In this document: positions 48,830 through 63,200 of the stretch, piece by piece
Layout: every line of letters starts with the position of its first letter
Position numbering within the stretch: the stretch's first letter is position 1
Source: Mobula birostris
Taxonomy: Eukaryota
DNA length: 64,000 nt
Reading direction: 5' to 3'
NCBI RefSeq assembly: GCF_030028105.1
Contig: NC_092384.1
Span: 37,703,553-37,767,552 of the forward strand
Made by a program: the position numbers and the translations under genes
Notes under the pieces: model-generated
Told to the model about the DNA's origin: nothing
Databases searched by the model: none
What the model saw: the letters and a program-made list of their open reading frames with translations, nothing else

Positions 48830-51769
48830 TATGTAAGGACAAGGAATACCCTATCCATGTTGTGCTGGTGATGCAGATGTGTGAGAAATGAAGACGTGGG
48901 TGAGGGCAGCATTGATGGTGGTGGAAGGGAAGCCCTGTTTCATTAAATGCTCCATCTGTGTTACCTATGCAGTATGTGGTTAAAAACTCACTGTACTATC
49001 TCACTGCTATTTAATACTATTTGCTCATAATTATTGAGCTTCTCATGTTTCAAATAATTTCCTTTTAAATATTATCTAACCACTTGTCCCATTTTATGGT
49101 TTTTCACCTGACTCTCAACCTCGATGCTTAAAAATATGGATCCAATGTTTTTTAGGAAATCCTTTCAGTGAGGTAAGTAACATCCTTTCCCCTTGGATTA
49201 AACAAATATAAAGCTAAAATCATTGTCCAAACTGAATGCTTTAACCCCTATGGGTAAATAACTATATTCTGTTATATACTGTATAAAAGTTGGGTGGTTA
49301 GAATTTTTGTTGTTGTCCAGCAATAATTAAAAAAAGGACAATGTCAGAGTTTACATATCAACTAGCAAAATAGTTTTTTGCCATACTCCTAAAGTTAAGA
49401 AAATATTAAGGACATTTGAATTACTGTTGCCATCCATTGTATCACTGTGTGATCAATATGAAATCATAATGAAGTTTCAGCAAGGACAAGCATAATTTTG
49501 TAAAATATTGCTTTAAAGGAGTAGGGAGGTGCTCTTAACTTTGATAATAATTTGAATACTGGTGTCCAAGTACAGTTTTTTTAATTCATAGGAGATTGGA
49601 AAATTTTCAAAACTCTTAAGAGTTCCTTACCAATGTGACTGCAATTCTAACTGATAAGGAAGTCCTGAAGAAGGGTTTTGGCCTGAAATGTTCACTGCTT
49701 GTTCATTTCCTTGGATGCTGTCAGACCTGCTGAGTTCCTCCACAATTCTGTGTGTTTTGCTTTGCATTTCCAGCATTTGCAGGATTTCTTGTTTATGATT
49801 GCAATTCATGCTTAAAAGATGAAATGGGGAATTAGATTATTGTATTTATTCCTCAATATCAAAGTTCTCTTTACTAAAAAATATAAACATAATGGATAAA
49901 ATATTGGACAAATGTATCAAAATAATGTTGCATTTTAGTCATATCAGAAGACCTCAATTTTGTTTGTTGTCAAGAGAAGCAAAAGGTACTTTAAAGTAAT
50001 TGTCTGAAGAAGACTGAAGTGTGGTTTGATATTTGGTGGTCCAGACGTGAACTAAGTTTCCATGTTCAAATGTCCTCCAACTTATGAGGCCCATCTCTGG
50101 GATGTGGAACCCCAGAATTATAAGAACATGAAAGGAGACTATTTAGTAAGCTACATCCATGAGAGTCCTTGCAAGAGCAATCCATTTACTTCTAATTCTC
50201 TGACCTATAGGGCCCTACAAATTCTTCTGCAGATAATTGTCAGCGGTCTTTTCAATGTTGTAGTTTAATCTGTGCCGTTTATTACGATGTTTATTTTTTT
50301 AAATGCCTCAGATCACTAGATGGTCTTTGTGCTGATTGTCTTCATTCATCCCTTATACCTGATTCTACCAAGACATACAAATATCTCGCTATCAATTCTG
50401 TCCATACCATTCATAATTTTAAGTACCTCTGTGAGATTTCCTAGTAACATCAACTTACATGAACTCCAGTTTTGTCTTTATTTTATTTTATTGAGATACA
50501 GTGTGGAATACGCTCTTTGAGTTCAATCCCCCGATTTAATCCTAGCCTAATCTCAGGATAATTTACAATGACCAACTAACTTAAATTTGCACTATTGAAG
50601 CCCTGCAATTCTTAAAATCCTTCATGATAAATCTCTTCTGACCATTTCCAAAGCCTTCACATCTTGTGAAAAACGCAACTAAACACAGTATTTTGGCTAT
50701 AGTATAAACAGTGCTTTGTGAAAGTTCATGAATTCTGCTCTCACTTTAAGTAAATTTACACCTCTATTCCCAAAGGTCTCTGCTTATGCATTGTTCTTAG
50801 AATTATGCTTTCAGCTGAAAACATAAACTGCATTTCTCTGTTTTAAATTTTGGCTGTTAACCATCCCACCTGCTTATTACATTTCCTAGAAGTCTATATT
50901 TCCATGCATCTTCCAAGAAACGTGCTGAGTGCTTATTTGGAAACCATACCCTGCATAGCTAAGTCAAAATCATTAATAAAGTAGTGATCCTAATGCTGAT
51001 ATCTGGGGACTCTTCAATTTACCACCAATTCAAAAACACGTCTTTAATTCATTGCTCTCTGTATTTAGCCAATGTGTTATCCATATTGCATGGAGTCTTT
51101 TATGAATGCACTGTCTGTTTGATAACAAGTTGTAAATAGCCTTTTTTAAAATAACAAGATTTTTTTCATGATAAGCATAAGATATTCTGCAGATGCTGGA
51201 AATTTTGAGGAACACATACAAAGTGCTGGAGGAACTCACAAGATCAGGCAGCATTTATAGACATTTTGGGACAAAATCCTTTATCAGGACTTTTTTAATT
51301 TAAAATGTCATAGGGTAATAGTAAACTTATTGGGCTTCTGGAGATTAATTACAAACATTAATAACAAGTGTAAGGAACAACTGTTTACTTTTTTACTTAA
51401 GGTTAGTGAACTTATTCGATCCTTTTAACTTCAGCACCCACATATTGAAACATTGAAGTCAGATACCAGCTGGCCCATGAGGAAGACATAGCCAATGGTG
51501 AGCATTATCCAGCCCATTTTGTTACCAGATGACAGATTTTGTAAAATACCTATGTGTATACAAAACAGTTGCATACAAAGGCTGGGTGCAATATTTAAAC
51601 AATTCTATTTAAACAGTTTTAGTGCTTCAGAGAATCCTCAGCCCATGTTATTGATTTATTGACTGAACCATGTTTTAATTCTTTCAAGGCCAGTAAGAAA
51701 GTTAAAACTTAAGGACTTAAAGTGTGCATTAAATTTTATTTCTCTCCAAGCCCTTCTAAAAAGATAAAG

Positions 51770-52840
51770 TGCAAAATCTGAAATATCAAGGTATTGGCAT
51801 TCAAGATGAGGTAATAAATCGATTAGATGTTCATTCTGTGAGAGAAGCCAGAGTGGTAGTGTACGGTTTACTCTCTGACTGGAGGCCCATGACTAGTGAT
51901 GTGCTGCAGGGCTCAGCACCGGGTCCATTGTTTGTCATCCATATCAAGCATCTGGATGATAATATGGTAAACTGGACTGGCAAATCTGCAGCTGACACTA
52001 AGATTGGGGGTGGAGTGGACAGCGAGAAAGATTATCAAACCTTGCAGCTGGAAAAATGGCAGAAGAGATTTACTGCAAACAGGAGTCAGGTGTTGCACTT
52101 TTGCAGGACAAACCAGGGTATGATGTACATGGTGAGTGGTAGGGCACTGAGGAGTGCAGTAGAACAGAAGCATCTGGGAATACAGATCGATAATTCCTTG
52201 AAAGTGGTATCACAGGTAGATAGGGTCATAAAGAAAGCTTTTGGCACATTGACCTTCATAAATCAGAGTACTGAGTACAGGAGTTGGGTTATTAAATTGA
52301 AGTTGTTTAAGATGTTGGCGAAGCCTAATCTGGAGTATTATGTGCAGTTTTGGTCACAAACCTACAGGAAAGATGTCAATAAGATTGAAAGAGTGCAGAG
52401 AAAATTTACAAGGATATTGCCAGGAGTGGCGGACCTGAGCTATATGGAAAGATTGAATAGGTTAGGTCTTTTATCCCCTAAAGTGCAGAAAAATGAAGAG
52501 ATTATGAAAGAGAAATACAAAATTATTAGGAGTATAGAAAGGGTAAATGCACGCAGGCTTTTTCCCCTGGCTGAGACTAGAACTAGAGGTCATCAGTTAT
52601 GGGTGAAAAGTAAAATGTTTAAGGGGAACAAGGGGGAACCTCTTCACTCAGAAGAGGTGAGAGTGTGGAATGAGTTGCCAGCGGAAGTGGTGGATGCGGG
52701 TTTGATTTCAACATTTAAGAGAAAGTTGGACAGGTACATGGATGGGAGGGCTATGGTCTGGGTGCAGGTCATTGGGACAAGGCAGATTAATAGTTTAGCA
52801 TGGGCTGAAGAGAGTGTTTCTGTTCTGTGGTGTTCAATGA
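51770..52840 (+). mobile_element. CR1 LINE ORF2 3' fragment
   Basis: 363-aa ORF with LEYYVQFWS, IERVQRKFTRILPG and VWNELP motifs; the catalytic FADD is degenerate (SAAD). Confidence 0.88.
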
Positions 52841-54039
52841 CTATTAAAAGTGGGAAATAATTAAAATAAAAACTAAATGATTTGCCTGTTGCATAAACAA
52901 AATGTTCCTTTTAGTGGTGAATAGTACTTTCTGATCTTATGATGCTTCAAATTTTGCTTTCAGTTCAGTTCGAGGGTTTCAAGGGTACATTTAGTGTCTG
53001 AGAAATGTATACAATATACATCCTGAAATTCTTTTTCTTCGCAACCATCCAAGAAAACAGAGGGATGCCCCAAAGAATGAATGACAGTTAAATGTTAGAA
53101 CCCCAAATATAGTACTGTATTTGCAATGCATTTTAAGGTTTGGGTCTTTTAGTCTGTACTTATCGATTTAAATGATTATTTAGTCTTTAAAAAAGATACA
53201 CTTCCAGTATCAGCTCATAAATCTCTGCATACCTTCTGCTACAAGTTCAAGTTTATTGTCATTCAATCATTAACTGTGCCGCCAAACAAATCAATGTTCC
53301 TCCGGACCAAGGTGCAGAACACAGTACATGTAACTTACACTAACACAAAGTAATATTACCAGAAAGAACTTATATAATAAGGTCTATTTATGACACAAGT
53401 TAAAAGTAAGCATTAACACTTCTGGCACTTCAATTATGATGAGACTTGGATAGTGACAGGAGTTCAGTTGTCTCATGGCCTGGGAGAAGTTGTTGTTTCC
53501 TATTCATACCTCTATATCATTATATAATTCTGATGAAGAGTCTCAGTCTGAATTGTTGACTGTCTATTTCCCTCCATAGATGCTGCTTGACTCGTCGAGT
53601 TCCCCAGCATCTTAATGCATGCATTTCTAAATGACAATAAATGAGGACTGAGTGTCCTCATAATCTAATCTAATCTAATTTTGTGTGTTGCTATTTCTGC
53701 ATGCAGTTCTCCTAAATGTAGTCTAGCCAATGTTTAATACAGAGTTAGTGTAACTTCCCTGGTTTTCAGTTCTATCCCTCCAGAATGATATAATTTCAGT
53801 TTGTTTTTATCTTCCAGACTTGCTAACCTGTAGCAGAGCACTGAAGTATTTACATTATGGGATTCCTTTAGTTCCTGTACCTCTCCTAGTATTGTGATCT
53901 CCCTTGTTCTTTCCTTTCTTACTACCAACATGTATTCCCTCTACAGTGACACAGAGAAAATGTCAGAAGCTGTTATTTAAAGATGTTACAGTAGGACACT
54001 TGGAAAAAAAATAAAAAGAGAAAGGATGGTTTTGTGGAA

Positions 54040-54760
54040 GAGGAATCTGTGAAGCAAAAGAATCTTGATCATTTAGGGAGCTGGACTGACAAATGGGAAA
54101 AGGATTTCAACTTTGTGTGAGCTGATGCATTTTGGACATTCAAATCAAAGTAGGACTTTTACAGCGAATGGCATGGCAGCGACAAGCATTGTGGAACAGA
54201 GGAGCCTGGCAGTGCAAGTGCACAGTTCACAGAAAATGCCTGCATGAGTAGACAGGGTGGTGAAAACGGTGTTCAACATGCTGGCCTTCATCAGTCAGGG
54301 CTCTGGGTTTAGGTTTTTTAATGTTACAGTTATATAAATTGCTGGTGAGACTGCATTTGGAGTATTGTGTACAGTTTTGATCAGCCTGCTATTGGAAAGA
54401 CATAGAAGTTTATAAAATCACAAAAGGTTTGGATAAGGTGGAGACTGATAGTCATTTTCCCACCATTGGGGAACCGAAAACTAGGGGGCACAGATACAAG
54501 ATAAAATGGGAGAGATTTAGAAGACTAGAAAGGTAACTGCTTTACACAGGGAGTAGTGAGCACCTGGAATGAGCTGCCAGATGAAGTGAGTGAGGTGAGT
54601 ACTATTGCACATTTAAGAAGCTTTTGGACAGGTACATGGAGGGGAAGAGCTTGGAGAGTTATGGGCTAAACACAGAAAAACTACGATGTCCTAGTAGGAA
54701 GTAGGAACATGGACCTGTCAGGACAGAAGGCCTGTTTCTGTGCTGTATAACTGTATGCCT
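54040..54760 (+). mobile_element. Degenerate CR1 3' fragment
   Basis: TTGGAGTATTGTGTACAGTTTTG and TGGAATGAGCTGCCAG signatures. Confidence 0.75.
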
Positions 54761-56189
54761 ATGTTGCCTGACCTGCAGAGTTTTTCCTCACATTCAGAAT
54801 CAGTTTTAATATATCTGGCATATGTCATGATGTACAGTATAATGTTTTGCAGCTGCAGCAGGAGTCCATTGAAAATAAAAAACTATAAATTACAGTAAGA
54901 AATCTGTATTATCTGCATCTATATCAGTCATTTTATTTACCAATTATTTTCTCATTCTGCAAATATCTTCCTGTAAGTTGTTGCAGTACCCTGAAGTACT
55001 TTGCCATTTTATGTATTTTTGATTGCAAACAGTAAAGTGTTGATGTAACTTGTGAACAGCAGAGGTCCCGACACTGATCTTTGCAGATCACCATTTCTGC
55101 TGTGTATAACTACTTCACTCCCACTTTGTTTTCAACTTTAAGCTAGTTATCAATTCTATTTGCTGTTCATCCCATGATTCTGCATTTTTCTATATCTGTT
55201 AGTCTATTATGGGGTATCAGATCAAAATGTTTCTGGATTCAATAAGGTTTACCAGGCAAGATTTTCTGTTTTGAAAAATCACGTTGTTATACTTTACATC
55301 TCTAGAGGTTTTCTATTATTTTGAAGGGATTCCATAAAGCTTTCTTGGCAGTGCTGTTGAGCTGACTGGTCAATAATAGCTTGGGCTTGTTCTATTCTCC
55401 TTGTCACATTAGTCATTTGCCAGTCTTCTGGCACAAAGCCTTTTCTAATGAATTAATAAACACACACAGCACTATTCATGTCCTCTCTTCCCTTGATTCT
55501 CTGAGGTAGATTGTCTACTCTAACTCTAATGTCCACTTAGTTTCTGGAGGATTGGAATCCATGCTGTGATTCAGGCAGCAGCCCTCCAGCCGCTGAGAAA
55601 AGCTGGTTGAGGAGATCATCGATGAAAACCTTCATTATAGCAGGCAAAAAGTAAGCCTCTTTGCAATTACTATGTTAGATCTGTTATTACATGTATGAAG
55701 GTGGTATTTATTATGGCAGTTCATTAGGGTTGACCAAGCTGGGGGTGGTTGTAAGGATAAGCTCCCACCACCTATGAAATGCTCCCAGTGTTGTGCCTCT
55801 AAAAATAGCTTCTGACAACAAAATTCAGCTCCTGGTCTTCATATGGGGCTCAGCTACTAAGCCCAGCAGAACCATTTCTAAGGACAGGAGGAGAGGCCAA
55901 GGCAGGATACTGGCAATTTAAAACCAGTCGCTTTGGGCAGATGGGGCTTATCAGCCATGGTTGGCAACTCATCTTGGAGAAGGAAAACTTATGGTGGGCA
56001 TGATCTTTATCATGCAAAAAAAAATGCTAAGATAGGCTATAACTGTACATTGCTTTTTTTCAACCTTGCAGAAGCCTTTGACACCAACAATCAGGAAGCA
56101 CTGTAGAGAATCCTTTTCAAATCTGGCTGGCATCACTATGTTCCCTTTGTTTCTTGCTTTCTACTTGATGGTAGTATGCAAGTCAATTG

Positions 56190-57200
56190 ATAGAAGTCAA
56201 AGAGTGGGAATAAAGAGGGTCTGTTATGGTTGGCTGCCAGTGACTATTGGTGTTCGGCAAGGGTCGATGTTGGGTCTGCTACTCTTCATGATATAGTTTC
56301 ATGATCTGGAAGATAAAATTGATGACTTTATGGCCAAGTTTGTAGATGATACTAAGATAGATGGAGGAGTAGGTGGTGTTGAGGAATCAGGGAGTCTGTA
56401 GAATGATTGGATATATTAGGAGAATAGGCAAAGAAATGGAAAATAGAATACAGCATAGGAAGTGTATGGTCACACATTTTGGTAGAAGGAGTAAAGCATA
56501 GACTGTTTATGCAAATTTGTGCAGGATTCCCTCGAGATTCACTAGGTTTAGTCAGCAGGTAGGTAAATGCAATGCTGGCACTCATTTTGAGAGGACTGGA
56601 ATGTAAGAGCAAGAATTTAATGCTGAGGATTTAAAGGGCATTGTTCTGACCACAGTTGGACTACTGTGAGCAATTTTTGGCCATATACCTGAGGATGAAT
56701 GTGCTAGTATTGAAGAGGGAGCAGATGAAGTTTACAAGAATGATCCTTGGAGTGAAAGGGTGAGTGTTTGAGGAGCATTTGATGGCTCCGGACCTATACT
56801 TGCTGGAGTTCAGAAAAGGCGTGTGTGGGGTTGAGGGGGGGGGGTGGAATCTCAATTAAACCTGCTGAATATTGAAAGGCCTGGATAGAATGGACTTGGA
56901 GAAGATGTTTTCAAAGTGGGAGAGTGTAGGACCAGAGGGTACAGCCCCAGAACAGAAGGACACCTTTTTAGAACAAAGGTCAGTGAATCAGTAGAATTCA
57001 TTGCCACAGGTGGCTATGGAGGCTGAGTCATTGGATATGTTTAAAGCAACAGTTGATAGATTCTTGATTAGTATGGGCATCAAAGGTTACAGGAAAAAGG
57101 CAGAAAAATGGGTTTGAGAGGGAAAATAAATCAGCCATTGTTGGAAGGCAGAGCAGATTTGATGGACCAAATAGCTTAACTCTGCTTCTATGTCTTATGG
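56190..57200 (+). mobile_element. Degenerate CR1 RT-to-tail fragment
   Basis: WLPVTIGVRQGS and KFVDDTK motifs with a TATGTCTTATGG tail. Confidence 0.8.
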
Positions 57201-60200
57201 CCATTTTTTATCCAATGGATGCCAATCTCAACTCATCTAAGGCTCTTCTCAAGATCTCTTTGCTGCAACAATGTAACTTGCCTTCCACGTATTTCCCAAT
57301 GGAGCAAAGCTAATCTATAGTGTTAATGGATCACCTCCACACCATAAACAATATTATTCCAATTAAGTTGCATTATTGAGACAAAATACATATTTGGAGG
57401 TTAAGCTGTAGACCACCATTGACTCCATAAACCATAAAGGAGGACATTTTTGCTCTAACAAATATAAGCAAAGGTGCATTACCAACCTATCCTGATGCTA
57501 CTCCATTACAATTAAGATCCACAATGGGACCCCAGAAAATGTGTACCACTTTGCACTGTCCTTTGCTGCTCAGACCCTCCATGATTACTGACTCACCAAT
57601 GTAGAATCACAAACATGAAAAAACCTGCTGATGTTGGAAATCAAAAGCAACTCAGCAGGCCAGGCAACATCAATGGAAAAAAGTAAACAGTTGACGTTTT
57701 GGGCCAAGACCCTTCCCAAAGAATACCATGCCTAGGTAAAATTTCCAAATCAATTGCAAATATATTTAAGGGAAATTTATAATATTAATTGTTATTTAAT
57801 GGATAAAGTCTGTCTCATTAGAATCATCTTTTTCTCCACTTTGATTCTAGACCAGATGTTATTTTTAATTATTTATCTTCATTTGCATCAAGAAGCAAAA
57901 TATTACAAGAACTGACTAAGTAAACTATCTAAGTTAGCTAACTAATGAATGCTATATTGGGGAAACATTGAATGGCATACTTGACCTGTGTTTTCTATGT
58001 TCTTGTTCATTATAAGTTACTAACCAATTTAAACGTTAGAGCTTTTGGACTATCCACTTAGTTATATTGCCATTCGATGTCAGTTCCTTATCTCAGCAAA
58101 TCATTATTTGTTGTCTTACAAATACCATTTCATGAGTTCTTAACTTTCAGATACACTCTTCATGAACTGACAAAGACTGTAAAGACAATAGTGAATTTGG
58201 TCATTAGTGCCTGCCTTTGTTGTCAGAAGGTTCCTGAGATATGTGAAGCTGTCCTTGCCATGAAGCTTTAATTTTGGGGGCATGAGGTACAACAAGGTAG
58301 TTGAGCATCATTGACCTGCAGGTGTTTAATGTGAGCTCAAACTTTCATACGTTTTAATGAACAAGTCAGTGATTGCTTTGGTACTTGGAGTTTATTGTGC
58401 AGCAGTGCTCCGTGCCTTCCTAAATGCCTCTGAGAGCTGGATCGCCTACACTAAATACCCCGAAGCACTGGAAAGACACTACCAATAGAATCTCCACAAT
58501 AACCTCTAAATTCACAAAAACACAAAGCCAACCAATGTCATTGTGGTGTCCCAAGCCAACATTGCAGCATTGAGATTTTAATTATATTTGGTCATCTGTG
58601 ATAGTCATAGAGTTAAAAACAACCATCTGAGAACAGAATAATGGACAGTTTTCAGTTAGAACTAACCTTTGGAAGTTATGACATAGAAAGGTAGTTAATG
58701 ATCTCTACATTCTTTGAAAGATCAGAAGTATATAAGATGGGATAGATGATAGTTATTTAATTGAAGGAGTAAATCCTCAGGTTTGATGAATTGGTCCAGC
58801 ATGAAATAAGGAGGTCCTCAAGTTGTCATGAGGTAAGAAAGAAAGGATCCACTCATGGTATTTCCAAGGCATTTAAGGCCTCAAAAGAAGGCAAAAGAAC
58901 TGGTTTGGGAGGCACAGTGATGCAACCTATGGAGCTGCTGCCTCACAGATCCACCAACCTGGATTCATTTCTGATCTCTAAGTATAGACAGCATGTTCAC
59001 GTTGGTAGGCTAATTAATCACTGAGTTGTCCCTAGTGTGTGGGTGAATTACAGAAAATTGATGGAATATAGGAAGAATGAAATGGGTTTGTGTAGGGTTA
59101 CAGTTAGAGTTACTGGGTAGACTGAGGAAATTGTTCAGAAATGTATTGAGAACCTGCTTGTAAAATTGTAATATTCCCACTAACTCCTGTGAGCTTTTGG
59201 TCTATGACAGTTCACAAGTGGAAAAAATGTTAAGAATAGTATTGAGTTCTTGCACCAGCAACACACATTAGCCTGTATGTACAGTGGAAAGAGTGCACTA
59301 CTTGACAAACTACCCATCCATCTGCCAATCAGGCATTTCCTGTCCTACTTGTGCAAGACTCTGTGGTTCTCACCTTGACCTCATAGGTCACCCTAGACTC
59401 TACAAATCTGGAATGAAAGTAGGTCATCTTTGTTCCTGAGGGAATGTTTGAGGAACTTGAGATGACATACCCTGAACAATGTTACAGTTCGACCATCATA
59501 ACAATGGATAACCAATAAAATGCACGTGATAAGTACATAAATAGCATTTATCGTGATCGTGTGGAAAACTGGAAAATATAAGTGTTTTAATGCAGCTTTT
59601 TTAAACCAACTTTTCTCTTTTAACAATTATGCAATGCTATCTCTGAGCATATCTTGCCTCTCACATGCCTGCAATTTTTGCATTTTACTGTGATCAAATT
59701 AACAATGAATCTACAAATTGTAGAATTCTATATTAGAAATTACACACATAAACACAATTTCAATTATATATCTAACAAATTAAGAGTACAATACTTATCA
59801 TCAGAGTCAAACAGGCAGAGAAATTACAATGTGCAGTATAATTACAAAGTGAAAGGAAAACAAAAGCAGCATCTGTGGAGAGAGAAGCAGTATTAACATT
59901 TCAGGTCATCGACCTTCAAACAGAACGAGGAGCAATTTAACTTCAATGTGCAGGGAAAGGAGAGAGGAAGAGAGAATAAAAAAGGCATGCAACAGAATGT
60001 AATGTAGGAGAGGGTAATAGTGCATGATGAAGGAAGGTGAAATTAGAGAATGAAACATTAGTCTGGTGAAGGTATAATGCAGATAATACTAAGGTCAAGT
60101 AAGTTTTGGAAATGTCAAATAAAAATCGATGAAATGCTTATTATCTGACATTGCAATACTAAAATTTGAGTGTGGAACGAATAAATTATTTAGTCAGTAG

Positions 60201-63200
60201 ATATTCCTTGAGCTAACACTGATCTTCAGTGAAAGAATGTAGGAGGCTAAGAACAGAGTTATCAGAGTGATTCAAACAGGGGAATGAGATCAAAAATGAA
60301 CATGAAGAGTAACTGGAAGCTTAGGATCATGTTTGGTTGCTGAACAGAGCTGATCCACAAAAAGGATCACCCTTTCTATGTTTGGTTTCCCCATTACTCA
60401 TTTGGTATAGCAAGTCCAGGAAGCTAAATAAGAACAAAGTGTGTTTTGAGATCTTGCACAGTGGGGGGGGGGGGGGGGAAGGTAAAAGACTGGCAACTGC
60501 AAAATAAGACTGTGGGAACAGCAGTGAACATCAGGATCAATATTTTGCCTTATTGTTTATAGAAAACCAGATGGAATTAAATCTATTCTCTTCAAAACTT
60601 ACAAAAATGAATATTTTAATTAACTGATGAAAGCATATTGACCAGCTAAAAGGCAAGTGTCATGTTTTGCAAAATATTTTCAACTCTTTAAATCTTCTCT
60701 TGTGGTAAAAATGATGAGACCCTGTCATGGTTTTCTGATTACTAAAAGTCAAGAATAAATTTATTATTTGTAGCTAGTTGAGTTTAAATTTGCTTTGAAT
60801 TCAGATTTTGACATGTAATAAACTGCAAAACTTTCAGGTTGTACACTCCAATCCCGATATTTTCCTGGACAGGTTGTCTTGTGTTTAGACAACTGGCCCT
60901 ACAAAGAGCACATCCAACATTCGTCCGTTTATTAACAGAGCAGCGTCCGCTTTATCACCCGTTGCACAAATAAAGTTTTAAAAATTCCAGCCTATTTTAA
61001 TAGATTAACTTTGAAAAATAAACTCAATTTAATGGAAATTCACAAACTTTTATACATGGCAGTATTCTAACAAACTCAAATGAGTTTTTTTTTCAATACA
61101 ATCGCTAACCTCAGCAGCATACAGTATTCCATGTGGTGCGCTGCATCATCAGAGAGGATTTAATTTATTTTGTCTGGAAAAAGTGAAAGAACTGTATTAC
61201 ACTGAATTAAACATCAGTCCTATTTTCTAGGGATCATGGAATAAACATCTTTTTCCAGCAACAGTATTTGTATTGCTGCTAGTGCGTTTTTATTTTGTGT
61301 TGAAGATTCATGTGGAACATTTGTAACCAATCATGACATGAATATCAGCAAGGAAATGCTGGAAATACCCGACAGGCCATGCAGCATTGTGAAGAGACAA
61401 ACATACCAAACGAGAGCTGTTTTTTGCAGTAGAAATGAAGGATTTTGTTTCTGTACCATATAAAAATTCAGTGTTCTTTTTTATCCACATAAGTATTTCT
61501 GAACATGCTAGCGTTCACAGTAAAATGAGATGATGGGGTCTATAATTTAATACATTTTCAATTCAGAGAACTCATCCATACTACACACATCAGTTCCTAA
61601 TCGAAATAGTTCTAAACAAAAAGCGAGATTAAATCATATGCGTGCATACCTGACAATATGTAAACACCACTGATTTTGTTTTCTAAGAGCCAAAATATGC
61701 TTTCTCCAGGTTTGTTAAATATGTTGATTTTCATCAATTAACTTTCAACACTTTGAAGTATGAATCGCAGTAAAAGCTATCATAATCAACTGCATTCCTA
61801 CTTTACCTTTTCGTATGTTGTAAATTCGGTAATATCAGGTTTCTGAATGTGGATGTGAATAAACGTTTCCTTCATTCAGAACTGGTCATCTATTATTTAA
61901 CTAAAGTCGCGTTCCATATATTAGAAAAAATGACGACTAAATAGTTATCAAGAGTAATTATTTCCCGCTCTATGGGTCGAATATGTTCATCTTTACTCAA
62001 ACCTATCAATGTATCGTCATACTTCGAATCCAGTAGATATTTACATGTTGCTACATAGTTTGTCGAACATTTTAAATTTGTGGATGCGGAGGTCGGTGCT
62101 TACCTGCATTTGAAAAGAAAACGAGTATGACAGAGATCGCTTTAAGATTTATTTTTTAAAATCAGTAGTACTGTTCTTAAACATTTGAGTTTAATGTTGA
62201 ATATAAAAAACAACAGTGTATTGAAATGGTTTTCTCAAAGCTGTCTTTAAACTGCAAGTGGTAGCAGAAATCAATCCAACACCGCTGGACATCATTTCAT
62301 GAACAAAAGACTCAAAACGAATGGGAACATTCAAACTTATTACTAAGGACAATTCATCTTTGCCTGTTTAATGCAGCGAATCATTAATATTTTTGGATAA
62401 TTTTGCATTTAACTTTTGATGATCCTCCAGACAGGTTTTGCAATTGGCAGTGTTGGAAATAAAGGGAATATGAGTTGTGAAAATATGGCATGTTTTTGGT
62501 TAAGAATTCCTATTTTGAACATATTGGAACAAAAGCAAATATTATGTATTTACAGCATGTTCCCCATGGTCAACGGGAATTATCGAAATAATTGTGAATG
62601 CAACGAAACGACAATGTTTTACCGGATTAGAAATAATTAGAGTTTTGAGATAATTCCAGGAGGGGGCGCAAGTCTCCTGGCCAGACAAAAGGAACCGTGT
62701 AGTAGGGAAAGGGACGAAAATTTAGCTCTGCTCGACATTACATTGAATGCAAGAACAAAAACTATTTAATAGCTCTCCGCAATATCCAACACAAAAAACA
62801 ATTTGATTATAAAATCGCCAAATTAAAACGAAACATTTTCATTACTTACTGCATTTTTGATGTCAAATTCGGCATGGTTTCATGTTCACTCGTAACATTT
62901 ATCCCAGATAAACAACACATAAATCGGAAAATGTTATTATTAATTAATGGAGCTAATTTATTACCTTTCTCAAAAATCTGCCAGACTTCCAACCTGTCCT
63001 TTGCTCATTCATTCCCTCCACCCATTTCAAAATTGTATTTAAAATCACTGAGGTGGTCTAACAACGTCTCAGCACACACACATTCACATAAATAAATTCA
63101 AACCGATTATATTTGTTAGCCACATAGGCATAATTCCATCAGTTTATAATTAGATGTAAACGAATTACTAACACTAATACCCTTTTAATTCCACTGTATC

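Noticed and set aside
51769-52860. 363-aa ORF as a domesticated reverse transcriptase
   Set aside because: Catalytic aspartate motif is lost, internal deletions are present and the start is GTG; best explained as a decayed CR1.
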